64,000 nucleotides of DNA from an uncultured Candidatus Saccharibacteria bacterium (GCA_964531475.1 CAZHCS010000001.1:14712-78711); one strand, 5' to 3'. Shown: positions 51,170 through 61,586, counted from the stretch's first letter. The notes: generated by a model not told the origin, from the letters alone. A program made the numbers and translations.

Positions 51170-53053
51170 ATGTCAAAAATCATTGGAATCGATTTGGGAA
51201 CAACAAACTCGGCAGTCGCCATCATTGAGGGTGGTCAGCCGAAGATCATAGAAAACGCCGAAGGCATGCGCACCACGCCGTCTATTGTCGCACTCGCGAA
51301 AAATGGCGATACGATGGTCGGTGTTACGGCCAAGCGCCAGTCCATCACGAACCCGAAGAACACGATCTACCAGATCAAGCGCTTCATTGGCCACAACTTC
51401 GACGAACCAGAAGTACAGAAAGACATCAAAGCTATTCCGTTCGAGACTCGCAAGGGTTCGACAGGCGGTATCGAGGTTAAATTCGGCGACGACTGGAAGC
51501 GTCCAGAGGAAATCTCGGCGATGATCCTCCAGAAGATCAAGTCTGATGTCGAAGCAAAACTCGGCACGAAAATCACCGAAGCGGTTATCACCGTTCCGGC
51601 ATACTTCAACGACGCGCAGCGCCAGGCGACCAAAGACGCCGGCAAGATCGCTGGACTTGACGTCAAGCGCATCATCAACGAGCCGACAGCGGCAGCTCTC
51701 GCATACGGCTTCAACAAGAAAAAGGATGAAAAGATTGTCGTCTTCGACTTCGGCGGCGGTACATACGACGTCTCTATTCTCGAAGTTTCCGAAGATACTA
51801 TCGAAGTAAAGTCTACCGACGGCGACGCACACCTTGGAGGCAAGGATATCGACCAGAAGATCATGGATTGGCTCGCCGAAGGCTTCCAGAAGGAAAACGG
51901 TATCGATTTGCGCAAGGATCCTTTGGCCAAGCAGCGTCTCGATGACGCGGCTGAGAAGGCGAAAATCGAGCTTTCTACGGCTGTTCAGTCAGAGATCAAT
52001 ATCCCGTTCATTACTTCGGGCGAAGCCGGGCCTCTTCACCTTGTTCGCACGATGAAGCGTGCCGAACTCGAAGAGCTTTGCCGCGAGTTCATCGACCGCG
52101 CTATGGAGATCACCAAGCGCGCTATGGAAGCTTCACCATTCAAAATTTCTGAAATCAACGAAGTTATTCTTGTCGGTGGACAGACTCGCATGCCAGCCAT
52201 CCAGGAAGCTGTCGAGAAATTCTTCGGGAAGCGTGTAAATCTTTCGGTCAACCCAGACGAAGTCGTAGCACTCGGCGCCGCTATCCAGGGAGGCGTTCTC
52301 CAGGGCGACGTCAAAGACGTTTTGCTTCTCGACGTTATCCCGCTATCGCTCGGTATAGAAACTCTCGGCGGTGTCGCGACAAAACTTATCGAAAAGAACA
52401 CGACTATCCCTGCCTCTAAGTCACAGGTCTTCTCGACCGCGGCTGACAATCAGACTTCGACCGAAATCCATATCGTTCAGGGTGAACGACCGATGGCAAC
52501 TGACAACAAGTCACTTGGCCGATTCGTTCTCGAAGGTATCCCGCCAGCACCACGCGGCGTGCCGCAGATTGAAGTTACGTTCGACATCGATGCGAATGGA
52601 ATTCTAAATGTGAAGGCGAAGGACAAAACTTCTGGCAAAGAACAGTCTATTCGTATCGAAGCGTCTTCAGGACTCACAGACGAAGAGATCAAAAAGATGC
52701 AGAAAGACGCGGAGCTTAACGCCGAAGCGGACAAGAAAAAGAAAGAGCTTGTCGATATCAAGAACAATGCTGAGATGACAATCTTTACCGCCGAAAAGGC
52801 GATGAAAGACGCCGAAGGCAAGATTGGCGATGATGTAAAGAAGTCTGTCGAAGAAAAAGTCGCGAAGCTTAAAGAAGTGAAAGAATTGCCAGATCACCAC
52901 ACTGATGACGGCGGACGCTTGAAGTCTGCGACAGAAGAGCTTATGACTGAGATGCAGAAGATTGGTGAGGCGATGAGTAAAGCGCAACAGTCAGAACCAA
53001 AGAAGGAAGACGGAACGCAGGAAGCGGAGGTTGTTGACGATAAGAAAGAGTAG
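51170..53053 (+). CDS. dnaK: molecular chaperone DnaK (Hsp70)
   Basis: [18 protein letters not shown] and all other Hsp70 signatures are present. 627 aa. Confidence 0.95.
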   Translation: MSKIIGIDLGTTNSAVAIIEGGQPKIIENAEGMRTTPSIVALAKNGDTMVGVTAKRQSITNPKNTIYQIKRFIGHNFDEPEVQKDIKAIPFETRKGSTGGIEVKFGDDWKRPEEISAMILQKIKSDVEAKLGTKITEAVITVPAYFNDAQRQATKDAGKIAGLDVKRIINEPTAAALAYGFNKKKDEKIVVFDFGGGTYDVSILEVSEDTIEVKSTDGDAHLGGKDIDQKIMDWLAEGFQKENGIDLRKDPLAKQRLDDAAEKAKIELSTAVQSEINIPFITSGEAGPLHLVRTMKRAELEELCREFIDRAMEITKRAMEASPFKISEINEVILVGGQTRMPAIQEAVEKFFGKRVNLSVNPDEVVALGAAIQGGVLQGDVKDVLLLDVIPLSLGIETLGGVATKLIEKNTTIPASKSQVFSTAADNQTSTEIHIVQGERPMATDNKSLGRFVLEGIPPAPRGVPQIEVTFDIDANGILNVKAKDKTSGKEQSIRIEASSGLTDEEIKKMQKDAELNAEADKKKKELVDIKNNAEMTIFTAEKAMKDAEGKIGDDVKKSVEEKVAKLKEVKELPDHHTDDGGRLKSATEELMTEMQKIGEAMSKAQQSEPKKEDGTQEAEVVDDKKE

Positions 53054-53064
53054 AAACGAAACCA

Positions 53065-53082
53065 CCCCGGCAATTGCCGGGG
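53065..53082. terminator. perfect palindrome CCCCGGCAATTGCCGGGG between dnaK (+) and the minus-strand membrane-protein gene
   Basis: A T-rich run follows on the minus strand only. Confidence 0.5.
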
Positions 53083-53104
53083 CTGGGTCGTTGAATGGTG
53101 CTCG

Positions 53105-53374
53105 TCAGGCTTGCGGACCGACTAGCTTCCTGTCTATGAAGCTGATGAATTGATCTGCCTTTCTTTCCACCCAATGTCTTGCCATTGTTAGGATGAAGAC
53201 AAGGTTAAAGAAGGGCCAAGCGAATACTCCGATGGAGATCCTCAAGGATCGATCACCGAAGATCAGAACAGACATCAGAAGTCCGATGTCGAGCAACAGG
53301 ACAATGGCCAAGCCAATCGCGTTGTGGCGTTCTTCCTTAGGAAGTTGACGGAATTTCTGGAAGAGCTTTTTCAT
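53105..53374 (-). CDS. hypothetical small membrane protein (PLD-N-terminal-domain-like)
   Basis: Two predicted TM segments (AIGLAIVLLLDIGLLMSVLIF; IGVFAWPFFNLVFILTMA). Confidence 0.4.
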   Translation of the reverse strand: MKKLFQKFRQLPKEERHNAIGLAIVLLLDIGLLMSVLIFGDRSLRISIGVFAWPFFNLVFILTMARHWVERKADQFISFIDRKLVGPQA

Positions 53375-53419
53375 GGGTTAGTATGTTGTTCGAGAAATTT
53401 TTATCATATAATACAAATA

Positions 53420-54304
53420 ATGTCAAAAGACTATTACAAAATTCTCGAGGTTGATAAGGGCGCTTCAAAAGAAGAGCTGAAGAAAGCTTTTCGCAAAAAG
53501 GCGCACGAGTATCATCCGGACAAGCAAACTGGTAACGAAGCCAAGTTCAAAGAAGTAAACGAGGCTTACCAGGTTCTCTCTGATGACCAGAAGCGTGCAC
53601 AGTATGACCGTTTCGGAAGCGCAGGGCCGCAGTTCGGTGGACAGGGGGGCCAAGGCTTCGGCGGCTTTGACTTTGGCGGATTCAACATCAACTTCGACGG
53701 CTTCGGCAATGGTCAAGAATTCGACCTAAACGACATCTTCTCCGCATTCGGCGGCGGAGGGTTCGGCGGGCGACGCGTTCGAAAAGGGCGAGACATTATC
53801 CTCGGGCTTACGCTGTCATTCAAAGAATCCGTTCAGGGCGTCTCCAAGACCATCAAGATCCCATCAAACAGCGTTGAGAAGGCCAAGGGCGACGTTACAG
53901 TCAAAATCCCAGCTGGTATCGAAACAGGCCAAATGATGAAAGTCGCCGGCTTCGGTGAGCCTATGGAGGGCGGTCAATCGGGTGACCTTTTGCTCAAGAT
54001 TTATGTCGAGTCTCACAAGAGTCTGCGTAAAGAGGGAATACATATCGTTACGGATCTGTCCGTAAAACTCACCGACGCGATCCTCGGCGCAACGTATGAT
54101 GTGGAGGGCGTTGAAGGCCCGATCAAAATAAAAATCCCGAAAGGCATCCAAACCGGCAAAATCCTCCGCATCCGCGGCGCCGGCGTCCAAGCGGGCCGCT
54201 TCCAACACGGCGACCTTCTCGTCGTCATCACTGTCGAAATCCCAGAATCACTTTCTCGCGAACAAAAACGTATCATCGAAGATCTTCAAAAATCTGGATT
54301 ATAA
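53420..54304 (+). CDS. dnaJ: J-domain co-chaperone DnaJ/CbpA-type lacking the Cys-rich zinc-finger domain
   Basis: J domain DYYKILEV...HEYHPDK and a G/F-rich region. There are no CxxCxGxG repeats. C-terminal substrate-binding domains are present. Confidence 0.8.
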   Translation: MSKDYYKILEVDKGASKEELKKAFRKKAHEYHPDKQTGNEAKFKEVNEAYQVLSDDQKRAQYDRFGSAGPQFGGQGGQGFGGFDFGGFNINFDGFGNGQEFDLNDIFSAFGGGGFGGRRVRKGRDIILGLTLSFKESVQGVSKTIKIPSNSVEKAKGDVTVKIPAGIETGQMMKVAGFGEPMEGGQSGDLLLKIYVESHKSLRKEGIHIVTDLSVKLTDAILGATYDVEGVEGPIKIKIPKGIQTGKILRIRGAGVQAGRFQHGDLLVVITVEIPESLSREQKRIIEDLQKSGL

Positions 54305-54348
54305 TCAAGATTATGTTTTTATTGACCCTCTCTTCTCATTATTTCTTG

Positions 54349-54388
54349 TGGTGATTATATCTAACCATATGTTAGAATATAATCACCA
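54349..54388 (+). promoter_or_regulatory. palindromic operator-like site TGGTGATTATAT-N16-ATATAATCACCA overlapping a TATAAT box and the ATG of the PaaX-like paralog 2
   Basis: 12-bp perfect arms. The inner part is nearly palindromic (CTAACCATATGTTAG). TATAAT at 54378-54383. Confidence 0.5.
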
Positions 54389-54963
54389 TGAAGATTGAAA
54401 AGGGGAGGGAAAATTTAGACTACAAGGAAATAATTCTGAAGTCTGTTTTGGTCGTGGGAATTATCGGAGTTGCTATGGTTGCGCCGAATGCGTTGCAGGT
54501 GGTTAAGTTTTTCGAAAAGGATAAGGGTTACAAGGAGCGTAAGTATGCCCTCAACAAAAAGATTTTTGTTTTAGAGAGAAACGGATTTATAAAATTTGTT
54601 TCGAGAGGCGACAAGAAGTTCGTGACACTTACGTCAAAAGGGAGGAAAGAGATCGAGAAGTATCTTTTAAATGATCTAGAGATTAAAAGACCGAAACGGT
54701 GGGACAAGAAATGGCGGATTGTTAGTTTCGATATCAAGAATACGCGAACGCCACTTAGAAATTTATTTCGGCACCATCTAAAACGGCTTGGATTTGTCCA
54801 ATATCAGAAGAGTATCTGGATCCATCCTTTTGAATGCGAAGAGGTGATTATTATGATGAAGTCGTATTTCAAATTTGGCAAAGAGGTGATGTATATTGTT
54901 GCTGAGCATCTAGAGAATGACAAAAAATTAAAACAAGAATTCAACCTTATTTCATACACGTAG
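54388..54963 (+). CDS. PaaX-like winged-helix transcriptional regulator (paralog 2), strongly AT-rich
   Basis: WDKKWRIVSFDIKNTRTPLRNLFRHHLKRLGFVQYQKSIWIHPF gives the same PaaX_C pattern as 49964-50482. Much lower GC than the surroundings. Confidence 0.55.
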   Translation: MKIEKGRENLDYKEIILKSVLVVGIIGVAMVAPNALQVVKFFEKDKGYKERKYALNKKIFVLERNGFIKFVSRGDKKFVTLTSKGRKEIEKYLLNDLEIKRPKRWDKKWRIVSFDIKNTRTPLRNLFRHHLKRLGFVQYQKSIWIHPFECEEVIIMMKSYFKFGKEVMYIVAEHLENDKKLKQEFNLISYT

Positions 54964-55085
54964 ATTTCTACCATATGTATAATTATTACGTATGAAGAGA
55001 ATGAATAATTGAAGGGTGAATTCTAAATTTATATAAACGAAAAGCCACCCATGGGCGATGGCTTATCGCGTTGGGTGGCTACGGT

Positions 55086-55571
55086 TCAGTTCGATTTTCT
55101 ATACGCCATGATCTGGTCGATCTCGCGGCGAAAGAATTTCTGGAACTCTTCCCAGGTCCATGATCCCGCGGAGCGTATACAGGTCTCACGTGGCGGTGAA
55201 ATGAGTGTGACCCCGGTTGCTAGCACTTCTCGTTTAGTCTGTCTTATGATGCAGACATGGATATCTACAAAGTAGACGGTGTCCTTCTCTTTCACGTTGA
55301 TCCGTCGATACCATGAACCTCCATTCGCCGGGTTCTCGATCATCTCCAGATCAACCTCGTCCTTCTTGGTAGTGTCCGCATAGATGGCGTATTTCCCACT
55401 ATCCAATGCGAAATCGTATCCGAAAAGGGGATTCCTACCAGGACGTTCATGGGCTGTATTAGCGGCCTGGAGCAGTTCGTCGAAGTTGGTTGCGATCCGC
55501 AGAGTGTCTTGGGCGCAACTGAAAACGGGGAGCAGCAGACCCATTATAAGGGTCTTGAAAATCTTGTTCAT
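55086..55571 (-). CDS. hypothetical lipoprotein
   Basis: Signal peptide with lipobox-like LPVFSCAQ. 161 aa. Confidence 0.45.
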   Translation of the reverse strand: MNKIFKTLIMGLLLPVFSCAQDTLRIATNFDELLQAANTAHERPGRNPLFGYDFALDSGKYAIYADTTKKDEVDLEMIENPANGGSWYRRINVKEKDTVYFVDIHVCIIRQTKREVLATGVTLISPPRETCIRSAGSWTWEEFQKFFRREIDQIMAYRKSN

Positions 55572-55630
55572 GTCCTGTTGGGTTTGGAAATATAGTAGCA
55601 GAGGTATCGATGATTGTCAAGACTGAAGGC

Positions 55631-56992
55631 TTATATTTTTCTTATCTCAAAATCTTCTCCTTTGTCGAGGATTTCGTATCCAAGTTTTGTGATTTGATCA
55701 CGAAGTTCGTCGGATTTGGCCCAGTCTTTGGCGAGACGTGCGGTATTGCGGGCGCGGGCGAGCTCTAGGACGTCTGTCGGGATTTCGTCTTTGACCCACG
55801 ACTGCATTCCAAGCCCAAGGACGCGGTCCATGTCTAGCAATGTCGCTTTTTTGTCAGCATCGAGTATCTCTTTGTCATTTGCGACTTCCCAAAGAACTGC
55901 CAAAGCTTTCGGAGTATTCAAATTGTCTTCCAGAGATTCTGTGAAGTGTTTCGTAAACGCATGATTGACCGCGCCTGTGTCGGGAAGACTCATATAAATA
56001 TTTTTGAGCTTCTTCAAGGCATTTTGCGCAGCCTCGAGCGCCTCCCATGTGAAATTCGCAAGGCTTCGGTAGTTCGTCTGCAAGAGGAAATATCGGTAGT
56101 CGGCAGGGGAGAAACCTTTTTCTTCGAGGGTTCTTAGGTAAATATCATTTCCAAGAGACTTCGATATCTTTTGGTTGTCGATGTTTAGAAACGCATTGTG
56201 CATCCAGAAATTGACGAACGCTTTACCAGTCGCGTTCTCGGACTGAGCGATCTCGTTGTTGTGGTGGATTGGAATATGGTCGATTCCGCCCGTGTGAATG
56301 TCGAAATGCTCGCCTAAATATTTCATCGACATACCGGAGCACTCAATATGCCAGCCAGGGAAGCCCTTGCCCCACGGAGTCTCCCAGCCCATTTCGGAGT
56401 TGAATTTCCAAAGTGCGAAGTCGCGCGGGCTCTTCTTCTCGGTGTTCGCTTCTATGCGTGCTTCTTTTTCTTCGGACAATCCGCCAAGTGCGCCATAGTT
56501 TGTATCTTTTGATGTATCGAAATAAAGTCCGTCTGAAGTTTTGTAAACAAAACCTTTTTCTTCGAGTTTTTTTATTATCTCGATATCTTCTTCGATATGA
56601 TCCGTCGCGCGAGGAAGAACGTCTGGCAAAATAATATTGAGTTTCTTCAAATCTTCGACAAATGCCGTTTCGTATTTGAGCGCGACTTCTTTCATGGCCT
56701 CAATCGTCATTGGCAGACCTTCACGCTTTAGCGCTTTTGTCATTTTGTCATCGCCGTCGTCTCCGTCAGAAACCAAATGTCCGACGTCGGTGATATTCAT
56801 CACATGTTTTACACGTAGGCCTTCGTATTGAAGAGCTCGTTTTAAAATATCAGCAAAAACGTATGAGCGGAGGTTGCCTATATGGGCGTAGTTGTAAACC
56901 GTCGGGCCGCAGGAATACATGGAAACCTCGCCTTCTTTTATCGGCTTGAATTCTTCCTCTTTTTTCGTGAGGGTGTTGTAAACCTTTAACAT
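55631..56992 (-). CDS. cysS: cysteine--tRNA ligase
   Basis: MYSCGPTVYNYAHIGNLRS (HIGN), KISKSLGN (KMSKS), and the Cys/His zinc-binding residues of CysRS. Confidence 0.9.
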   Translation of the reverse strand: MLKVYNTLTKKEEEFKPIKEGEVSMYSCGPTVYNYAHIGNLRSYVFADILKRALQYEGLRVKHVMNITDVGHLVSDGDDGDDKMTKALKREGLPMTIEAMKEVALKYETAFVEDLKKLNIILPDVLPRATDHIEEDIEIIKKLEEKGFVYKTSDGLYFDTSKDTNYGALGGLSEEKEARIEANTEKKSPRDFALWKFNSEMGWETPWGKGFPGWHIECSGMSMKYLGEHFDIHTGGIDHIPIHHNNEIAQSENATGKAFVNFWMHNAFLNIDNQKISKSLGNDIYLRTLEEKGFSPADYRYFLLQTNYRSLANFTWEALEAAQNALKKLKNIYMSLPDTGAVNHAFTKHFTESLEDNLNTPKALAVLWEVANDKEILDADKKATLLDMDRVLGLGMQSWVKDEIPTDVLELARARNTARLAKDWAKSDELRDQITKLGYEILDKGEDFEIRKI

Positions 56993-57004
56993 GGGGCTAT
57001 TCTA

Positions 57005-57937
57005 TCACAACAGCTTCTTGCCTTTGAAGTAGATGAACATAATGAGTCCAATAAGGCTCATAAGGATGAGGACTAGTAGAAAATCACTCATATCCTTGAT
57101 GATAAGGACTTCGTCGGGCATGTTCATGCTAAAGATACCGGTGATGAGGGTGATAGGGAGCAGGGTGAACGTCATGATGGTCAGGGTCTTGATGGTTTGG
57201 CCGGTCTTGGTGTTCAAGAGAGCGTCGTTGGTCTCGCGCAAATCGTCTAGTATCTCTTTGCCGACCTCGAGAGTGTTCTTAACCCGGTTGTATTCGGACA
57301 TGATGATACCCATGTTGTAGTCGAACATGTTGCCGAAGAGGTCTTTGGCGGCACCTTCGAACGAGGCTAGGATTTCGCCGTGGTGGCGGAGTGCTTGCTT
57401 GAAGTTTAAGAATTTCCTGTTCGTGCTCGAGATGATCTCGACGGACTCGGCCTGCTTGCCGCGGAAAATATTATCTTCGATATTTTTTAGCGAGTAGTTT
57501 ATGTCTTCAAGTTTCTCTAGGGAATCTTTGTAGAGCTCTTTCATGAGGTGGATGAAGAGGTACCCAGCGTGATCGCCGATATTGTTTTTGTCGAGGAAGC
57601 TCTCGCGGTCAAAGAGGCGAGAGAAATTATGCAACGGGTCTATTTTTTCGTAGCGGGTCGTGATGATGAAATTCTTGCCGATGACGAAGTCTATTTCTTG
57701 TTCGGAGTTGCGCTCGCGACCCTCGCCGATGACAGGGAAATGGAGCACTAGGTAGACGATTTTGAGCTTTTCATAGTAGTCGACTTTTGACCGCAGGGTG
57801 TTGGTACCGAGTTCTTCGGCCATAAGCTCCGGCAAACCGAACTGGTCGCGGATATCCGTGATTTCAGCAAAGGTTGGCGACTCTAAGTCGATCCAGGTAA
57901 CATTCCTGTATTTGTATTTTGAGACCATGACAGGCAA
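57005..57937 (-). CDS. corA: CorA-family magnesium transporter
   Basis: Cytoplasmic N-domain, two C-terminal TM helices, and a GMN-like signature (FSMNMP) at the end of TM1. Confidence 0.75.
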   Translation of the reverse strand: MPVMVSKYKYRNVTWIDLESPTFAEITDIRDQFGLPELMAEELGTNTLRSKVDYYEKLKIVYLVLHFPVIGEGRERNSEQEIDFVIGKNFIITTRYEKIDPLHNFSRLFDRESFLDKNNIGDHAGYLFIHLMKELYKDSLEKLEDINYSLKNIEDNIFRGKQAESVEIISSTNRKFLNFKQALRHHGEILASFEGAAKDLFGNMFDYNMGIIMSEYNRVKNTLEVGKEILDDLRETNDALLNTKTGQTIKTLTIMTFTLLPITLITGIFSMNMPDEVLIIKDMSDFLLVLILMSLIGLIMFIYFKGKKLL

Positions 57938-58029
57938 ATTATAGCACCCGGCGGTGCCACCGGGTTCAAAAAACAGGGGAAATCCCAGGGGGTTGCAAAT
58001 TTTATCCCATGATGTAGAATATGGGCCTT

Positions 58030-58347
58030 ATGCAATTCGCAGTTATCAAAACAGGAGGAAAGCAATACAAAGTCGCCGAAGGCGATATGCTCAAGGTTGA
58101 AAAGCTTTCGGGCGATTTCGCCAAGGGCGACAAAGTCGTCTTTGAGGAGGTTTTGATGGTAGGTGACGATACGTCTGCAAATGTCGGCACGCCGACGCTC
58201 GCCGGCAAGAAGGTAGAGGCTGTTTTCGAGGCCGCTGGACGCGCCCAGAAGATCGACGTCATCAAGTACCGTGCCAAGTCTAACTACTACAAGAAGCGCG
58301 GTCACCGACAGCCTTTTTCAAAGGTCAAAATCACTAAAATAGGCTAA
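58030..58347 (+). CDS. rplU: 50S ribosomal protein L21
   Basis: MQFAVIKTGGKQYKVAEGDMLKVEKL... Confidence 0.85.
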   Translation: MQFAVIKTGGKQYKVAEGDMLKVEKLSGDFAKGDKVVFEEVLMVGDDTSANVGTPTLAGKKVEAVFEAAGRAQKIDVIKYRAKSNYYKKRGHRQPFSKVKITKIG

Positions 58348-58360
58348 AACAAAGATAGAA

Positions 58361-58390
58361 AAGGCCGTCCGAAAGGACGGTCTTTTCTCT
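58361..58390 (+). terminator. intrinsic terminator
   Basis: CCGTCC-gaaa-GGACGG followed by TCTTTTCTCT. Confidence 0.55.
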
Positions 58391-58437
58391 TGACTTTTTA
58401 ATATAAATGTGTTAGTTTATAGGAAAACATAACGACT

Positions 58438-58845
58438 ATGAAGCACCTTCTCACCGCCATTACGGCGATCATTCTCAGCTGCACGAACGTCTTCGCCCAG
58501 AGCAACTCTGTGAACCAGGCGCCGACCTGCTATCGGTCAATGGATCCGGAATTGGTCAACCAGTACGTGCCAGGTTCTGCACCGTCGATCGACAGCCTGG
58601 AGGTTTCTCCTCTTGGCCAAGACACACTGTTGGTTTCCTTCAATGTTTCCTCGGTGTGTTACCCGGTGTACTTCCATGACGAGACCAACGCCCGCATCGA
58701 CAGCACGTTCTCTGACGGCCGGACTGATATCCGTTTGTGCTACGCGCTCAACGATGTCGGCCAGTATTCCTACTGGTTCAGCGCCAGCAACACCCGGGGC
58801 AAGACGGTTGAAAGCAGGAACCCGAATAGGGTCCCAAAGAAGTAA
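58438..58845 (+). CDS. small secreted protein (hypothetical), GC-richer
   Basis: Signal peptide MKHLLTAITAIILSCTNVFAQ. 135 aa with four Cys. Confidence 0.5.
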   Translation: MKHLLTAITAIILSCTNVFAQSNSVNQAPTCYRSMDPELVNQYVPGSAPSIDSLEVSPLGQDTLLVSFNVSSVCYPVYFHDETNARIDSTFSDGRTDIRLCYALNDVGQYSYWFSASNTRGKTVESRNPNRVPKK

Positions 58846-58847
58846 CA

Positions 58848-58900
58848 AAGGCCTAGGGCCTTGGAAGCTCTCGCTCGCGCGAGGGCTTCTTCTTTTATTT
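58848..58900 (+). terminator. tandem hairpins followed by a T-run
   Basis: AAGGCC-tag-GGCCTT, then GAAGCTCTCGC-tcgc-GCGAGGGCTTC, then TTCTTTTATTT. Confidence 0.55.
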
Positions 58901-59506
58901 CCTACTCGCAAATGCGTTCTCGAACGTTTCTTTATCTGAATATTCGAGTTCGGTACCGGTGGAGAGTCCGCGGCCGAGGATGGAAATCTTGATCCCAAAA
59001 TTTTTAAGTTCTTCTTGTAGATATTCGAGTGTGTATTCGCCCTGCGGGTTGAGTGAAAGTCCCAAGATTATCTCTTTGAGTTCTCCAGCGTCAATCTTTT
59101 TCTTTATGACATTTTTTAATTCACTCACGCGTACGAATTCTGTCGGTGTTTTTGATAGGACTGGGATCGAGCCGCCGAGGACGAAATAGAGACCTTTGTA
59201 AAAATGCATGCTCTCGAGGTTTTCGAGATCGGAATCTTTCTCGACGACAAGGAGAAGCGAACGGTCGCGGTTCGGGTCACGGGCGATGGGCGAGAGATTT
59301 TGTTTTGGGTCTTCGGAATAAAAATATTGGAATGACTCTTGGCAGATGCGGATATTGTTTTTGAGCCGAGCAATCGCGTCCGAGAGCTCGCGTACATAGC
59401 CAGAATTTTTACGCAATAGAAAATAGACGAAGCGTTTTGCTTGACGGCGACCGACGCCGGGAAATTTTTCAAAGAGTTCGGCGAGTTTTGTTATAGAGTC
59501 ACTCAT
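58895..59506 (-). CDS. recR: recombination protein RecR with a degenerate zinc-finger
   Basis: HhH FPGVGRRQAKRFVYFLL, a Toprim domain (LLLVVEKDSDLENLE...YFVLGG) and the C-terminal RecR domain. Only one Cys sits where the C4 finger should be. Confidence 0.8.
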   Translation of the reverse strand: MSDSITKLAELFEKFPGVGRRQAKRFVYFLLRKNSGYVRELSDAIARLKNNIRICQESFQYFYSEDPKQNLSPIARDPNRDRSLLLVVEKDSDLENLESMHFYKGLYFVLGGSIPVLSKTPTEFVRVSELKNVIKKKIDAGELKEIILGLSLNPQGEYTLEYLQEELKNFGIKISILGRGLSTGTELEYSDKETFENAFASRK

Positions 59507-59508
59507 GG

Positions 59509-60903
59509 TTAGAAGTCTTCAAGGCTGTTTTTGCTTGCAGAAGGTACGCCGGCGTAGTCGGCGCCTTTTTCGACCGATAGGAAAGTGGAATTTTTTTCGT
59601 CGAAATACAGGTCGACTTTACCGACCGGACCGTTGCGGTGTTTTTCGATCAGGATTTCAGCCATGCCGGTTGATTCGGCGTCGGTACGGGTACCGGTGCG
59701 GTCTTCACGGTGGATAAACATGACAACGTCGGCGTCTTGTTCGATGGATCCCGAGTCGCGTAGGTCGGAGAGGCGTGGTTTGCCGCCGCGGCTTTCGACT
59801 GCACGAGAAAGCTGCGATAGCGCAAGGACGGGTACGTCGAGTTCGCGGGCGAGGCCCTTTAGAGAGCGCGAAATTTCTGTCACTTGGTTAACCATACTGT
59901 CGTAATTTTTCGTCGTGTTCATGAGCTGCAAGTAGTCGACAACGATAAGTCCAAGACCGAACTCACTCTTGAGGCGTCGCGCCACAGACTTCATCTTGAT
60001 GATACTGTTGCCGGCCTGGTCGTCGATATAAATCGGCGCACTCGAGAGCTCGTTTAGAGAGTCGCGGATTTTGGAGAACTCATCTTCGCGAGTAATTTTT
60101 CCAGTGCGGAGTTTCCAGGCGTCAACTTTGGCATGAGCAGAAAGCATGCGCTGGGTCAGCTGCTGCGAGCTCATTTCCAAAGAAAAGATACCGACCGGGA
60201 TTTTGTGTTGGACGGCGGCATTTCTCGCAATATCAAGCGCAAGCGTCGTCTTACCAACCGATGGTCGCGCTGCCAAGATAATGAGGTCTGATTTCTGGAG
60301 GCCTGCCAACATATTGTCGAGACTCGGATAGCCAGTCGGGACGCCGCGCATGCCGCCCTTGTCGTTGTGGAGCTTTTCTATCTCTTCCCAGGTTTGCATT
60401 AGGCTTTGCTTGAGCGATACGAAGTTTTGACCCTTTGGGTCGCTGGTCACAGAAAAGACTTTTTTCTCGGCATCGTCCATGATAGTTTCGACATCTTCGT
60501 CGCTTTCGGAAAAACCGATGGTCGCCAAGTGTTCACCAGCCTCGATGAGCTTGCGCATCAATGCCTTTTTGTAGACGATTTTGGCGTAGTGTTTGATATT
60601 GGCCGAAGCTGGGACCGAGTTAGTTAGGTCGGCCAAGTATGCGCGACCGCCGACTTGTTCGAGTTGGCCACGATTTTTGAGACTGGTTGAAAGCGAGAGT
60701 AAGTCGATCGGTTCGTTTTTGGAAAACAGATCTATCATGGATTTCCAAATAATGCGATGCTTTTCGGCGTAGAAAGAATCTGCCTGGATAATGTCCACGA
60801 CTTCGTTCAGTGCGTACGGTGAAAGCATGATAGAGCCGAGTGTTGCTTGTTCGGCGTCTAGGTCGTGAGGCGGGATGCGATTAGAGATTTTTGGTTCGGC
60901 CAT
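59509..60903 (-). CDS. dnaB: replicative DNA helicase DnaB
   Basis: N-terminal DnaB domain, Walker A ILAARPSVGKTTLALD, RecA-like core. Confidence 0.9.
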   Translation of the reverse strand: MAEPKISNRIPPHDLDAEQATLGSIMLSPYALNEVVDIIQADSFYAEKHRIIWKSMIDLFSKNEPIDLLSLSTSLKNRGQLEQVGGRAYLADLTNSVPASANIKHYAKIVYKKALMRKLIEAGEHLATIGFSESDEDVETIMDDAEKKVFSVTSDPKGQNFVSLKQSLMQTWEEIEKLHNDKGGMRGVPTGYPSLDNMLAGLQKSDLIILAARPSVGKTTLALDIARNAAVQHKIPVGIFSLEMSSQQLTQRMLSAHAKVDAWKLRTGKITREDEFSKIRDSLNELSSAPIYIDDQAGNSIIKMKSVARRLKSEFGLGLIVVDYLQLMNTTKNYDSMVNQVTEISRSLKGLARELDVPVLALSQLSRAVESRGGKPRLSDLRDSGSIEQDADVVMFIHREDRTGTRTDAESTGMAEILIEKHRNGPVGKVDLYFDEKNSTFLSVEKGADYAGVPSASKNSLEDF

Positions 60904-60988
60904 GAGGGGATTGTAGCACGGAGCGGCGGGCCCGGGGCCCGCCGCTTCAATTGGGGAAAGAGTGGAAAATGGGGAAAAACATTTGGTA

Positions 60989-61017
60989 TTGACAAAAGAC
61001 TTGTGGTAGGGTATACA
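60989..61017 (+). promoter_or_regulatory. promoter-like TTGACA-17-TATACA
   Basis: Upstream of the ORF at 61043. Confidence 0.4.
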
Positions 61018-61042
61018 AGAACAAAACCAGAACCCCTAAACC

Positions 61043-61501
61043 ATGGCAATCAGAAAGAAACTCCCGAAGCCTCATGGCGGAAAAGCGGCCCGTCACGAAC
61101 TTAGTCGTCTTGATCGACACGAGCAAGAGCCTATTCGGCAACTTCTCGCAGAGGTCGAAATGCCTCTTGTAGCAAAGACTGCTCCCAGGTACGAGCTTGT
61201 TACCTCTTCAGATCAAGGTGTGGACGATGACACGCGGCATGTTACCGAAGGCGAAGGCGAATCGGCGTCTGGTCTTGATTTCGAGATCTCACAGATGTTC
61301 CGGGATTACTACGGATGCCAGCAAGAAGTCATCAGTGCAGGCAATTCGCGGAGAGCCAATACTGTTCCGACCACTGGTACGGAAAGTGATTCGCCGCGTC
61401 GTGGGAAGCCAGCCAACTTGGCCAAGGCCGTCATTGGGAGCAAGGTTGGTCTGAGAAGTGGCAGGATCCATCCCAACCAGATACCGATGAGTAAAATGTG
61501 A
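61043..61501 (+). CDS. hypothetical protein
   Basis: 152-aa ORF with no recognised motif. Confidence 0.4.
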   Translation: MAIRKKLPKPHGGKAARHELSRLDRHEQEPIRQLLAEVEMPLVAKTAPRYELVTSSDQGVDDDTRHVTEGEGESASGLDFEISQMFRDYYGCQQEVISAGNSRRANTVPTTGTESDSPRRGKPANLAKAVIGSKVGLRSGRIHPNQIPMSKM

Positions 61502-61586
61502 AGATCAGGATCTTCAGCAAGAGCCAGACGAACTACGTCTGGCTCTTTCTTTTGTACCCAGTAGAAAATCTGGTAAAATTACGCTT

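Noticed and set aside
51173-52987. Several antisense or alternative-frame ORFs inside dnaK (51173-51832, 51367-51930, 52036-52449, 52477-52821, and others)
   Set aside because: They lie within the unambiguous dnaK coding sequence and are shadow ORFs.
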